Shown here piece after piece: positions 1 to 9,178 of a stretch of DNA of 64,000 nucleotides. Source of the stretch: a virus. Under the pieces are notes generated by a model. It searched no databases. It was not told where the DNA came from and saw nothing but the letters and a program-made list of their open reading frames with translations. Every line of letters begins with the position of its first letter. The stretch's first letter is position 1. A program made the position numbers and the translations under genes. The stretch covers positions 687 to 64,686 of IMG/VR virus record IMGVR_UViG_3300022917_000010. One strand, given 5' to 3'.

Positions 1-41
1 ATTGAAACGAGCGGAAGGGCCCCAAAGGGCCCCGCCGGATA

Positions 42-419
42 TTAGCCGCCGGCCTTGGCGATGCAGACGTATGCGACCTTATCGGCCGCCGTCAGCGATG
101 CCAGGGTGATGGAGGCCGCCGTGACTGCCACCGTATAGGCGCGGCTCGGAACCGTCAGGTTCGTGAACACGCACGAGGGAGCGGTCGCATATGCCCGACC
201 GAAGGTCAGGGTGCAGCCGGTGGCGCCCGTCGCGGTGACATCGCCAGCCATATCGCTTGAGCCGGTGCCGAGCGCACCCGAGCCGCAGGCAGAGACCGCC
301 GGGGCGGAAGCGTTGGCGCCGATGATAAGATCGGTCGTGAGCGTGTAGCCCCACGCCAGCCCCGCCGTGACCACCAAAGCGGCCATGCCCGAGAGCATTT
401 TCGTCCAGATATTCTTCAT
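42..419 (-). CDS. Signal-peptide-bearing small beta-rich virion decoration/fibre-like protein
   Basis: MKNIWTKMLSGMAALVVTAGLAWG signal-like N-terminus; Ala/Thr/Gly-rich mature part with 4 Cys; directly downstream of the capsid genes. Confidence 0.65.
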   Translation of the reverse strand: MKNIWTKMLSGMAALVVTAGLAWGYTLTTDLIIGANASAPAVSACGSGALGTGSSDMAGDVTATGATGCTLTFGRAYATAPSCVFTNLTVPSRAYTVAVTAASITLASLTAADKVAYVCIAKAGG

Positions 420-460
420 TTCGAGGTTCCTTATGCAAGAATGGCAGGCGGAGAGGCTGG

Positions 461-880
461 TTAAGACGACCAGCCGCCCTCGAACTCGATCACGATGATG
501 GCCTGGCCAGCCGAGGCCGCGCCGCCGGTCTGCGTATACATCGCATAGGGCAGAACGTCGCCAGCCGCCGTCAGGGCGCGCCCGAGGGCCCGCGTCACGT
601 CATAGACGCCGGTAACCGCCTCGTTCACATCCGCCGCGGCCACGATGTTGTTGTAAGCCGCGCCGACCGTGCCGACGGTGAGGACGTTGGTCGTCACCGC
701 GTTGAACGCCACGACGATTTCGACCAGCACCCGCAGGATAAACGCATTCTGCGGCAGCGGATTGTCGAAGGGCTGGCCGGTCGAAATGCCGGGATCGTTC
801 CAATTGACGATCTTTTTCAGCGTGTTGGCGACTTGGCGCGGATCCTGCCGCGCATTGGTTCCCAGAACACCGGTGGTCAT
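461..880 (-). CDS. Capsid decoration/cement-like structural protein
   Basis: 139 aa, beta-rich, immediately after the major capsid gene, GAGGA-type RBS upstream. Confidence 0.6.
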   Translation of the reverse strand: MTTGVLGTNARQDPRQVANTLKKIVNWNDPGISTGQPFDNPLPQNAFILRVLVEIVVAFNAVTTNVLTVGTVGAAYNNIVAAADVNEAVTGVYDVTRALGRALTAAGDVLPYAMYTQTGGAASAGQAIIVIEFEGGWSS

Positions 881-907
881 ATCGAATTCTCCTCTGTGCT
901 CTGGGCG

Positions 908-2023
908 TTAGAACGTCGAGGCCGCGGCGTAGGTCGAAACGACGACCGTACCGTAGTCCACCGCGTTGTAACGGGTCTTTTTCAGACCGTGGATGGTGAG
1001 GGCGGAGATTTCGAGCCGGCGCTTATGGTCGAAAAGCTCCTCGTTCCAGGTCAGCTTGGTCGGGCCGTTGTCCTGGCCGAACCCCATCATCGCCGCCTGC
1101 GCACCGAGCAGAACCGCCCGCTTGACGGTCGGGACGTCCGCACCCGCGGCCGAGACGCCGTTCGTGACGTCGAAGGCTTGGCGCATGATCACGCCATTGT
1201 AGATGCCGATGGCGCCCGAGAAGATCGGGTTGCCGGTCTGCTTGAGGCCCATATAGGCGGCTTTTTGCAGATCCTGCCACTGCCCCGTCGAGGTATTCCG
1301 GCGCATCGCCGTAACCTGATAGGGATGCAGGTACATGCAGAACATGTCCTCGAGCGTATTGTTGAAGTCGGATCGCCCGCCTTCACGCATCGAGGTGCCC
1401 TTGTACTGGATCGGGCGAATCATCGGCGAGGCCGTGATTGCCAGCTCCTTCGCCGCGTCGATCAGGCCGAGCGTGAAGGTATCCGCCGAGGTCAGCAGAT
1501 CGTCCGACGGCTTGCCGGACTGCCGGATGACGCGCGTGGCCGACGGCGCCGTGACAGCGTTCAGGCCGGTATAGCGCACGTCGGTCTGCGGCGTATATCC
1601 GCACACCTGGTTGAAGAACTCGACCGAATAGCGCTTCGCGTACCAGTCGCGCAGCCGGCCCTTGGCCGTATCGCGCAGATCCCACGGAATACGCTGCTGG
1701 TCGATGGTGCGGCGCGACTTGACGCCGACCACGCCCATGAGCTCGTTGATCACGAGCGCATCGGAATAGGTGGTCAGAGCCTCGCCATTGCCTTCCGCGA
1801 GTTGGTTTTCGGTGAAACCAGCCTGCGCAAGCTGCATGACGATGGCGTAGGTGATCTGGTCACCGGGGCCCTTCGACAGCGCGTTCTGCAGGTGGATGAC
1901 GGAATTCTCGTCGGGCCCGATCAGAGGACGGATAGCGGTATATTTCAGCGCTTCCGTTTCGAGAACCCGCGCCCAGAGTTTTACCGCAAGGGCGTCGTTC
2001 TGCGGGAAATTGGTGGTGGACAT
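908..2023 (-). CDS. Major capsid protein, N4-gp56/DUF4043-like family
   Basis: 371 aa; AVKLWARVLETE, LSKGPGDQITY, GNGEALTTYSDALVINEL and LLGAQAAMMGFG motifs typical of this family; follows the scaffold gene. Confidence 0.9.
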   Translation of the reverse strand: MSTTNFPQNDALAVKLWARVLETEALKYTAIRPLIGPDENSVIHLQNALSKGPGDQITYAIVMQLAQAGFTENQLAEGNGEALTTYSDALVINELMGVVGVKSRRTIDQQRIPWDLRDTAKGRLRDWYAKRYSVEFFNQVCGYTPQTDVRYTGLNAVTAPSATRVIRQSGKPSDDLLTSADTFTLGLIDAAKELAITASPMIRPIQYKGTSMREGGRSDFNNTLEDMFCMYLHPYQVTAMRRNTSTGQWQDLQKAAYMGLKQTGNPIFSGAIGIYNGVIMRQAFDVTNGVSAAGADVPTVKRAVLLGAQAAMMGFGQDNGPTKLTWNEELFDHKRRLEISALTIHGLKKTRYNAVDYGTVVVSTYAAASTF

Positions 2024-2193
2024 ATCGCACCCTGATTTGGGACGGCCGCAAGCCGCGGCCTAGCTCAAATTTTCGGAGTGCTCAGTTAACAGCCTGAGAG
2101 GGCATAGCCGGTTTAACGTCCTGGCGCCGACATAGTGGAAATTGTTTCCGGTGCGAACCCGCCCATCGGTCTATCCATCTCGACCTGATTTGA

Positions 2194-2222
2194 TCTATAG
2201 CGACGGAACTTTGTTGCGTCAA
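2194..2222 (-). promoter_or_regulatory. sigma70-like promoter for the major capsid gene
   Basis: Minus strand TTGACG-17 nt-TATAGA, about 170 nt upstream of the capsid ATG. Confidence 0.55.
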
Positions 2223-2230
2223 CAGACATG

Positions 2231-2254
2231 AAAAAACCGCCCCCGAAGGAGCGG
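2231..2254 (-). terminator. Rho-independent terminator
   Basis: Minus strand CCGCTCC-TTCG-GGGGCGG followed by TTTTTT. Confidence 0.85.
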
Positions 2255-2292
2255 CTGAAGTCTAGGGAGGATTGCCCGGGGTGAACCGAACC
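2231..2292 (-). ncRNA. Candidate small RNA of about 60 nt with a CCUCCC anti-SD motif
   Basis: Lies between a putative promoter (TTGACC-17-CATAGA, 2298-2326) and the terminator; contains AATCCTCCCTAG. Confidence 0.35.
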
Positions 2293-2409
2293 CACCCTCT
2301 ATGCGCGCATCAATAGATTCGGTCAATCAGGCGTAAAACGCCCCACGATCGAATAGGCGCCGCTCCATCGCGAATTTACGAAAGAGCGCGCGCACGAATA
2401 GACGGTGCA

Positions 2410-3729
2410 TCATTGGCCCGGCCCCTTGCCCATCAGCTTGTCCAGCCGGCCCTTGGGCATCGTGGCGACCAATTGCTCGAACTCGTCGTCATCCATCGCG
2501 ACCAGCCGCTCCGGCGTTAGATCGCCACCAGGCGAGCCGCCAGCGTCCGACAGCGACCGCGAGGCCGCGGCGTTCTGCCTGATCTGCTCGAGCTGGTCGC
2601 TCACCGTGCCCTGAGGCGCGGCCTCGACACGCGCAGGGGCCGCAGCCCCGTTGCGGGGCTTGGCCGCACCATTGGCCGGCACGACCGCAGGGACCGCCTC
2701 CGCAGCCGCCTTGGGCACGAAGCCGCGCGCCCGCGCTAGGTTCGCCACCACCTTGGCCGGCGACTTGCCAGCCTTCATGGCGCCGCGCGCGACCATGATC
2801 TGCTCATTATAAAACGCCTGCTTGATATTGTTCGAGAGCGCGGCCTGCTCCTGCCCCGTCAGCGTCGCCACCTGCGCGGTATCGGTTATGTCGATATCCG
2901 CATAGATAAACCCGAGTTCCCGGAACCTAGTTTCCCGCAGATGCACGAAGGCGTCAGCGAATGTCGGATCGGTCGCCGCCTCGCGCTCAATATCGGCCGA
3001 GAACGTGCCGTAGACCTCGCGCTCCTCGCGCTCCGCCTCCGATATCTGCTGTTCCTGCTGCCGGCCGGTGCGCAATTCCTCGACCTGGCGCGCGAGCTTG
3101 CGATTCTGCCACTGCACATGGCCAAGCGGGTCACTATCGACATCCGGCTCCGGATCCTTATCCTCAACCGGCGCCGCGGCCTCCGGCTGCTTGGTATTGA
3201 TCGCCTCGAGCAGCAGCCGCGTCCGCTCGTTGAGCTTGATACGCTCCTCGCGCTCCTTGATCGTCTCGCGGCCAGCCGCCTCCAGCTTCTCCTCAAGAGC
3301 CTTGCGCGCGGCCTCAGCCTTGGCCAGTTCCTTCTGATGCCGACCGTAGTTTATCGTTTTCGGAGGCGGCCGCTTGTCGGCGCCCTCAGCCGGCGCTTCC
3401 TTATCGGCGGCCACAGCCGGATCAGGCTCTCCGCCATCGCCATCGGCCGGGTCCGCATCAGGATCAGCGTCCGGATCAGGATCCCCCTCGCCGCCCGCAG
3501 GGTCGACGTTGCCCTCGTCACCGGCAGGCTTGCCGCCGTTCATCGCGGCGAACTGCGCTTGCTCCTCCGCGCTCAGCCCGTCGAGCATATCGTTGTCGCC
3601 GCCCCCGCCGGCGTTATCGTCGACCCGCTCCGCAAAGCTGGGGATGGTCGCGGCCGGATCCGGCTTGGGCGCAAACGCCGCCATCGCCGCGACCGACGCG
3701 CGGGACATGAGCCTGTCTCGAATATTCAT
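2410..3729 (-). CDS. Capsid scaffolding protein
   Basis: Start MNIRDRL at 3729; acidic disordered N-terminus (DPDPDADPDADP), coiled coil, C-terminal LVAMDDDEFEQL; sits between portal and capsid. Confidence 0.75.
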   Translation of the reverse strand: MNIRDRLMSRASVAAMAAFAPKPDPAATIPSFAERVDDNAGGGGDNDMLDGLSAEEQAQFAAMNGGKPAGDEGNVDPAGGEGDPDPDADPDADPADGDGGEPDPAVAADKEAPAEGADKRPPPKTINYGRHQKELAKAEAARKALEEKLEAAGRETIKEREERIKLNERTRLLLEAINTKQPEAAAPVEDKDPEPDVDSDPLGHVQWQNRKLARQVEELRTGRQQEQQISEAEREEREVYGTFSADIEREAATDPTFADAFVHLRETRFRELGFIYADIDITDTAQVATLTGQEQAALSNNIKQAFYNEQIMVARGAMKAGKSPAKVVANLARARGFVPKAAAEAVPAVVPANGAAKPRNGAAAPARVEAAPQGTVSDQLEQIRQNAAASRSLSDAGGSPGGDLTPERLVAMDDDEFEQLVATMPKGRLDKLMGKGPGQ

Positions 3730-3743
3730 GATGCGATCCTTTG

Positions 3744-3998
3744 TTAAACCCAGCGAATATATAGCCGGTGAAATAGATTGATGACGCGCCAACCACGCTT
3801 GCGATCTTGGGGCATCCACACAAGCCCATGACCGTGTTCACCGCGGCAATACGAGCATGAGCATCCGCGGGTGTGGCGCTCGACAAGAACGAGCCGCCCC
3901 TTGATTTGCGCCTGCAACACATACCAGTGCGTCTTATTGGGCCACTGGTCGCCAAAAGCAAACCGCCGATACCACGGAACCGAATTAGCCCAATTCAT
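3744..3998 (-). CDS. Hypothetical protein
   Basis: 84 aa ORF, translationally coupled to its neighbours. Confidence 0.45.
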   Translation of the reverse strand: MNWANSVPWYRRFAFGDQWPNKTHWYVLQAQIKGRLVLVERHTRGCSCSYCRGEHGHGLVWMPQDRKRGWRVINLFHRLYIRWV

Positions 3999-4384
3999 GA
4001 TGCTTTCCTTTGATGCGAATTAGCGCGTATCCATTCCCCGATCCTCTTCCACGTCGCCGCGTCGATCGGGCCCGACACCAGCACGCCGCCGTTGATATTG
4101 TCCGCCTCGCGCAACGATACCTCGCCCAGCGGCGGCCGCTCATTGGACGAGTAAATCAGCAATTCCCACGGTTTGAAAACAATTCGGGCTTGCTCCACAT
4201 TCCGGCCCATGCCGACCCGGGATTCCATCTGCCGGCGCCGCTCGCGATAGTCGACGTTCGGCGGAATACCTGGCCGGACCTCCGGCGGGGCAATCTGGAC
4301 ATCGCCCCACGAATACAGCCCAACCAGATCGGACAGGAAAAAGTCCTGCGCATGCCGCAGCAGCGCGGAGTCGGAACGGATCAT
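3995..4384 (-). CDS. Hypothetical protein
   Basis: 129 aa, 4-nt overlaps with neighbours. Confidence 0.55.
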   Translation of the reverse strand: MIRSDSALLRHAQDFFLSDLVGLYSWGDVQIAPPEVRPGIPPNVDYRERRRQMESRVGMGRNVEQARIVFKPWELLIYSSNERPPLGEVSLREADNINGGVLVSGPIDAATWKRIGEWIRANSHQRKAS

Positions 4385-4713
4385 TTAGATTCGGCTTTCA
4401 GCTTGGCCAGATGGTCGTGCAGTTCCGTATAATCCGGCGCGCGCAGCCCGATATTGCTCATCGCGTCCTTGAACGCCAGATGATCCATGTTCGCCGGCGA
4501 AAACTTCACGCCGCGCGACCGGAATACCCCGATTCCCACATGCTCGGTCTGCATCTTGACCTTGCAGACCACCACATCCGGCCAGCCGTCACGCAGATAC
4601 ATGACGCTTTCGACGCCTTCGGGGATATCGCTCATTTGACACCACAGCGACGGACAATCAGGCCCGGCAGGTTCAGCCGCCCACCGAGCACCAACCGCAG
4701 CAAATCGCGCCAA
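4381..4713 (-). CDS. Hypothetical protein
   Basis: 110 aa ORF downstream of the portal; start uncertain. Confidence 0.5.
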   Translation of the reverse strand: MARFAAVGARWAAEPAGPDCPSLWCQMSDIPEGVESVMYLRDGWPDVVVCKVKMQTEHVGIGVFRSRGVKFSPANMDHLAFKDAMSNIGLRAPDYTELHDHLAKLKAESK

Positions 4714-4759
4714 CTTAGAGAAAGAGTATCGCTCGCAAAGGCTGACCTATCCAAACGTG

Positions 4760-7114
4760 TCATTTTGCCCCCTTGGGCTGCGCCGGCTGGCGCGCCGCGA
4801 CCATCGCCGCAACCCGCTTCTGGAACGCCGAGGCCAGATCACTCTGCGCGCCGGCCAGCGCCCCGACCCGGTTCGTGTGGATCTTGTCCATCGCCTCGAT
4901 ATGCTTCGTCCGCGCATTGAGGATTTCAGCCGCCGTCGACGTGCTGTCATGGTCGATAGCTGCCAGTTCACGCATAGCCTTAGCCTGCACCAGCGGCGCC
5001 TCAGCGTCAGCCCTCTTGGCATCCGCGATCAACTTGCCGCGCTGCAGCGCGTTGTCGTGGGCCATATTCGCGGCAATAGCCTTGTCGTATTCCGCAGTCG
5101 CGCCTGCCTTGATCGCATTGGCCCGGTTGAGTTCGGCGTGGGTATCCTTGTCGCTGATTTCCGAAAGCAGCTTGGCGACCGCCAGTTCCTTCATCTGCTG
5201 CTGCTCCTGCTGCGCCGCAGGGTCATTCTGCTTCTGCATGATAACCCGCTTCATGCCCGACACCAGTTCCGACGGCAGCGGCGAGTATTCCAGCACCATG
5301 ACCAGCACCTCCGGCGCAGCCATCAGTTGCTCCTTAAACACCGGCAGGAACGTCTGGATAATCGCCCAGTTTGCTTCCTTCTGGTTCGGCGACGTCGGCG
5401 CATCAGCCACCGACACGTCGTATTCGCCCGCGGTCACGTCTTTGGCCAGGCGCACCGCGCCCGTATACTGCTGCCCGACGATCCGGATAATCCGCCCATC
5501 GCTCATGCGGGTCTGGATCACGTTGAGGCGAATCCGCCCCAATATCTTCCGATACCGCCGCAGCGCATCGAATAGCGTCGCCAGCACCGTCATGCCGGCC
5601 TGCTTGCGCATCGCCTCGACCACGCCCGGGTTCTGGATATCCTGCTGCCCGAGCAGCTCGAAATTGACGCCCGTCACCTGCGGAATGGCGTTCACGGCAT
5701 ATTGCAGCAACTGCACATAGGCATCAGCGCTGCCCTGCCCGGGTTTCGGCATGATCTTGGGATTCTGGCCGCTCAGCGCGCCGGATTTCAGCCAAGTGAT
5801 CATATCGGCGAGGGCATAGCTTTCCTCCGCCTCAATCTCGTCGTCGAACGCATCGCGCTCCGCCAGGATGCCGCCCTTGGCCGTCGAGTTCATGATATGC
5901 ATGACCTGCGACATGAACTTGTTCGCCCACATCTGCGGATCGCGCACCACGCGGGTCAGCCCGTACCACTGGCGTTTCTTGGCGTCCCACTCGCCTGTCA
6001 TCACGCCCCAAGAGAACTGCTCACCGCACGGCGCCGGGCCGCAGCCCAGTTCCTCATTGCCGAGGAACGCCTGCTTGAACACCCGCTTGGACATCCGCAC
6101 GCCGTCGAGCTTGGGCATGCCCTGCAGCCGCCGCAGTCGGTCCAGCAGCTTGTATTCCTTGGGCGACATCTCGACCATTTCCTGCGACGCCTCGTCGGCA
6201 ACCAAGTAATACGGCTCCCGCTCCCACCATTGCGTGCAGACGATCGTGACCTCGTTGGTATCGTCCCAATCGAGATATGAATTCTTGCCGTCGCGAATCC
6301 GCTTCTCCTCGATCGACCGCGGGCCGGTATCGTAATAAATCCCAGCATCCGCCCACGTCGCGTCCAACTGCCGGCGCGACTTGCCGGGGAACATCTGCAT
6401 CGCATCCGAGAGCGGCATGCGGCGGACCCGGTGCATCCGGCGCGCGTCGACGAGGTTTTTCTTCTTGGCAGTCCGATCCCAGAAGAATTCCCGGCAATCG
6501 AACATTTCCTCGATATATTTGCCCTTGGGCCCGAATTCATACGTGAAGCGGGATTCTGTGACGCCCAATCCGGTCACCGCGCACTGCTGGAACGCCTCGC
6601 TCTGCTCATCCTCAGCATCGCACTTGTTCCCCATCCACTTCGACGTCCCGGACAGGATCTCAGCCACCTGCGTATCGCTGTTTTCCTCCGGCAAAAACAC
6701 GATTTCGTGCCGGCCGTTGATTTCCATGCCGGCAATGGCCTTGATGATCGTCAGCACCCGGTTGAACACCACATGCGGGCGGTTGGCCTCGTCGAGAATG
6801 GCCTTGTCCGCGTCCGATAGCTGCTCGCCGGCGATAAACCCGAGATCGTCCGTCGCCTGAGAGCGCCACGTCGCGCTCGCCTCCTGGTCGGAGTACCACC
6901 AGCGCTGCAGGATGATGAAACGGTCGCGCGGCCCGAGCTTGCTGACCGGGCGCATCTGGATATCGTCCGGGCCGATGCCGACCGTATTTGACTGACTGTT
7001 CCAATCGTCCGCATCGCGATCAATCGACGCGCCCTCAGCCGTAAAATAATCATCTTTTTTATTGGTGACGTCGTGGTACTCGACATCTTCCAAGGTTTCT
7101 GGATTGCGCGCCAT
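4760..7114 (-). CDS. Portal protein, P22-like
   Basis: 784 aa; DDLGFIAGEQL, VVFNRVLTIIKAIAGME, VVRDPQMWANK, AIPQVTGVNFELLG, YDVSVADAPTSP motifs and a long C-terminal helical barrel. Confidence 0.9.
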   Translation of the reverse strand: MARNPETLEDVEYHDVTNKKDDYFTAEGASIDRDADDWNSQSNTVGIGPDDIQMRPVSKLGPRDRFIILQRWWYSDQEASATWRSQATDDLGFIAGEQLSDADKAILDEANRPHVVFNRVLTIIKAIAGMEINGRHEIVFLPEENSDTQVAEILSGTSKWMGNKCDAEDEQSEAFQQCAVTGLGVTESRFTYEFGPKGKYIEEMFDCREFFWDRTAKKKNLVDARRMHRVRRMPLSDAMQMFPGKSRRQLDATWADAGIYYDTGPRSIEEKRIRDGKNSYLDWDDTNEVTIVCTQWWEREPYYLVADEASQEMVEMSPKEYKLLDRLRRLQGMPKLDGVRMSKRVFKQAFLGNEELGCGPAPCGEQFSWGVMTGEWDAKKRQWYGLTRVVRDPQMWANKFMSQVMHIMNSTAKGGILAERDAFDDEIEAEESYALADMITWLKSGALSGQNPKIMPKPGQGSADAYVQLLQYAVNAIPQVTGVNFELLGQQDIQNPGVVEAMRKQAGMTVLATLFDALRRYRKILGRIRLNVIQTRMSDGRIIRIVGQQYTGAVRLAKDVTAGEYDVSVADAPTSPNQKEANWAIIQTFLPVFKEQLMAAPEVLVMVLEYSPLPSELVSGMKRVIMQKQNDPAAQQEQQQMKELAVAKLLSEISDKDTHAELNRANAIKAGATAEYDKAIAANMAHDNALQRGKLIADAKRADAEAPLVQAKAMRELAAIDHDSTSTAAEILNARTKHIEAMDKIHTNRVGALAGAQSDLASAFQKRVAAMVAARQPAQPKGAK

Positions 7115-7680
7115 CAGAGTAAAAGCCCCCGCGATCGGTTAAAGTCGATCGGATGCTGCGACCGTTTTCGGATATTACACGGTTTGCACAAACCTTGGAA
7201 ATTGCTTGCCTCGGTGCGGCCGCCGAGCGCCAAAGGCAAGATATGGTCCATTTCCAACTTGGCCTTCGCGCCACACGCCGCGCAGCGCCCGGCCTGCCTA
7301 TCAATAATCGCCCGTATTTCCGCGCCCGTGACTTTGCCGCCGACCGACGCAAGCATTGCGCGCCTATTCAGGTTATAGGTCCGATCAGTATCCGGGTTTT
7401 CCCGCCGCCAGCGCTGCTTGCGCATTTTGATGGCCTCCGGGTTATTCTCTCGATACTGCTTCTGCCACTCCAAAACAGCGGGCCGACGTTTCTGGTATGA
7501 CTTCTTGCAGGCTGCGCGATGCTTAGGGAGATCAGCGCGACGCTTCTCGGCGTTACAATCGACGCAACTGCCGCTGCAGGTAAATCGCTCGGATAGGTGC
7601 CCGTTAACACAAGGCTGCCCAGAGAAATATCTGAGCAGCCCGGCACCCGCGGCAGCTTTCCTCGCGCCCGGAAGCGGCAT
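7114..7680 (-). CDS. HNH endonuclease
   Basis: CAACG...EMDHILPLALGGRTEASNFQGLCKPCNIRK; N-terminal CVNGH...CVDC zinc motif. Confidence 0.9.
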   Translation of the reverse strand: MPLPGARKAAAGAGLLRYFSGQPCVNGHLSERFTCSGSCVDCNAEKRRADLPKHRAACKKSYQKRRPAVLEWQKQYRENNPEAIKMRKQRWRRENPDTDRTYNLNRRAMLASVGGKVTGAEIRAIIDRQAGRCAACGAKAKLEMDHILPLALGGRTEASNFQGLCKPCNIRKRSQHPIDFNRSRGLLL

Positions 7681-7688
7681 CTATTCCC

Positions 7689-8168
7689 TCACTTCTTGGA
7701 TTTGCCAACCTTGGCTTCGACTTCCTTCACCCGCTGCTCAAGCTTGGCGAATATCTCAAACACAGCGACCTTAGGGATATCGTAATCGCCGAGGATGATC
7801 TTGCGCATCTGGCGGTTCTCTTCCTCGAGATCGCCCAACCGCTCATGCAGCGCGGCGACCGTGCCGTGGATGCCCGGGACCGCGGTCGGCGACACCCGCT
7901 CCCAACAATGGAACTCGGCACCGGGCCCAGCCTCCTCGACCAGCGATTCGTCGATCATGTCGCCGGCGTCGATGATGACTGTCAGGATAAGCCGCCCGCC
8001 CTGCTCACCCATCACGAGGGCCGGGAAGCGCGTCCGGCCGCTGCGACCGTGGCCGGGGCGCATAGTATAGACCACCATCTCGCCGACGCCTGGCAGCGGC
8101 TGGCGCGGCGCAATCGGTCGAATATTGTCGGAGGCTTCTGGATTCACGGTGCTGAGAAGATGTGACAA
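7689..8168 (-). CDS. Hypothetical protein with C-terminal coiled coil
   Basis: 159 aa ORF in the operon. Confidence 0.6.
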   Translation of the reverse strand: MSHLLSTVNPEASDNIRPIAPRQPLPGVGEMVVYTMRPGHGRSGRTRFPALVMGEQGGRLILTVIIDAGDMIDESLVEEAGPGAEFHCWERVSPTAVPGIHGTVAALHERLGDLEEENRQMRKIILGDYDIPKVAVFEIFAKLEQRVKEVEAKVGKSKK

Positions 8169-8228
8169 TGGGCATGCTCCGGTTGATGCGTTTGGAACCT
8201 ATACCGCAATCGGCCGAGATTTGCCAAC

Positions 8229-8453
8229 CTAGCCGAACTCGCGCGCGAATTCTGCCGCCGTGTAGCAATCCACCCCGCCGTCGAGGCTCCGCACCAGATA
8301 CTCGCCCGGGTACACGACCTGCCGGCCGGACTGGCGCTCATGGATCAACTCGCCGCCCCGCATGAAGCACTCGCGCCTCACCCACCAAGGCGCCTCCGAG
8401 AAGTCCGTGAACCGCCAAGCCTGCGCTGGCTGGGTGCGAGGATGGGCGATCAT
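8229..8453 (-). CDS. Hypothetical phage protein
   Basis: 74 aa; PGEYLVRSLDGGVDCY resembles the PGDWII family at 10420. Confidence 0.5.
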   Translation of the reverse strand: MIAHPRTQPAQAWRFTDFSEAPWWVRRECFMRGGELIHERQSGRQVVYPGEYLVRSLDGGVDCYTAAEFAREFG

Positions 8454-8836
8454 TCAGACGACCCTCCGAACGAACTCCCGCCGCTGTCACACGACCCCGA
8501 TGACGACGACCCGCTGTCATAGGAGGGAGACGAGTCCGGCACGCTGCAGCTTGGCGAGGGATCGGGCACAGGCTCAGACCTGGCCGGATCAGTATGCAGC
8601 GCCGCGCCGATCAATGAACCGGTGCTGATGCCGTGCGAGGGGCTGATCGGAACGCCCGTTATCATGCCGATGGCAAAACCACTGCTGTCGAACCCATCGT
8701 CCCGAGCCGACGCCTGAGAGCGGCCAAGCGTATAGTCCTCAGCCGGGCGCTTGAGCGGCCGGTTACAGTGCGGGCAATTCCGCCGCCCGAGCCAGTTCGT
8801 GAACTCATAGGCGCAATATTCGCATCTGGTAGCCAT
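8450..8836 (-). CDS. Hypothetical protein with zinc-ribbon N-terminus and Ser/Gly-rich tail
   Basis: CEYC...CPHC; ends in SSPSYDSGSSSSGSCDSGGSS. Confidence 0.55.
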   Translation of the reverse strand: MATRCEYCAYEFTNWLGRRNCPHCNRPLKRPAEDYTLGRSQASARDDGFDSSGFAIGMITGVPISPSHGISTGSLIGAALHTDPARSEPVPDPSPSCSVPDSSPSYDSGSSSSGSCDSGGSSFGGSSE

Positions 8837-8850
8837 GTCAGACCTCCGGG

Positions 8851-9042
8851 TTAAGATACTCGCTCAAATATGGTCCGGCGCGATTCCCAGTTGGGCTGGG
8901 CGATGGGCTCGCCCCGAGCAGGCTCTTGGCCGACAGCGCGCCAGCACCCGAGCTGCACATGGCCGTTCTCGACCACAAGACGGAAACACGGATGCTCTGG
9001 GTAATAGCCCTCGTATGCCTTGACCCTACCGATGCGCGTCAT
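8851..9042 (-). CDS. Hypothetical protein
   Basis: Start MTRIGRV at 9042 behind a GAAGGA RBS. Confidence 0.45.
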   Translation of the reverse strand: MTRIGRVKAYEGYYPEHPCFRLVVENGHVQLGCWRAVGQEPARGEPIAQPNWESRRTIFERVS

Positions 9043-9178
9043 TCCTTCACCTCGCGCCAGTGCGGCATATCCTCGCCGCGGCAACCATCCTGCTTCCATG
9101 GACACGTCACGCACCGGCAGCCCTCGCGCCACACCCAGCGATAGCCGGGACGCTTACGCGGCGGGTTGCTGGAGCTGA

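Noticed and set aside
16-34. GGGCCC-CAAA-GGGCCC hairpin at the window edge
   Set aside because: Possibly a terminator after 42-419, but it has no clear U-tract and the context is truncated.
833-2035. 400-aa plus-strand ORF
   Set aside because: Antisense shadow of the major capsid gene, as expected in high-GC DNA; no motifs.
3420-3500. Short tandem-like repeats (GATCC/GGATC)
   Set aside because: Explained by the Asp-Pro-Asp-Ala coding repeats in the scaffold protein.
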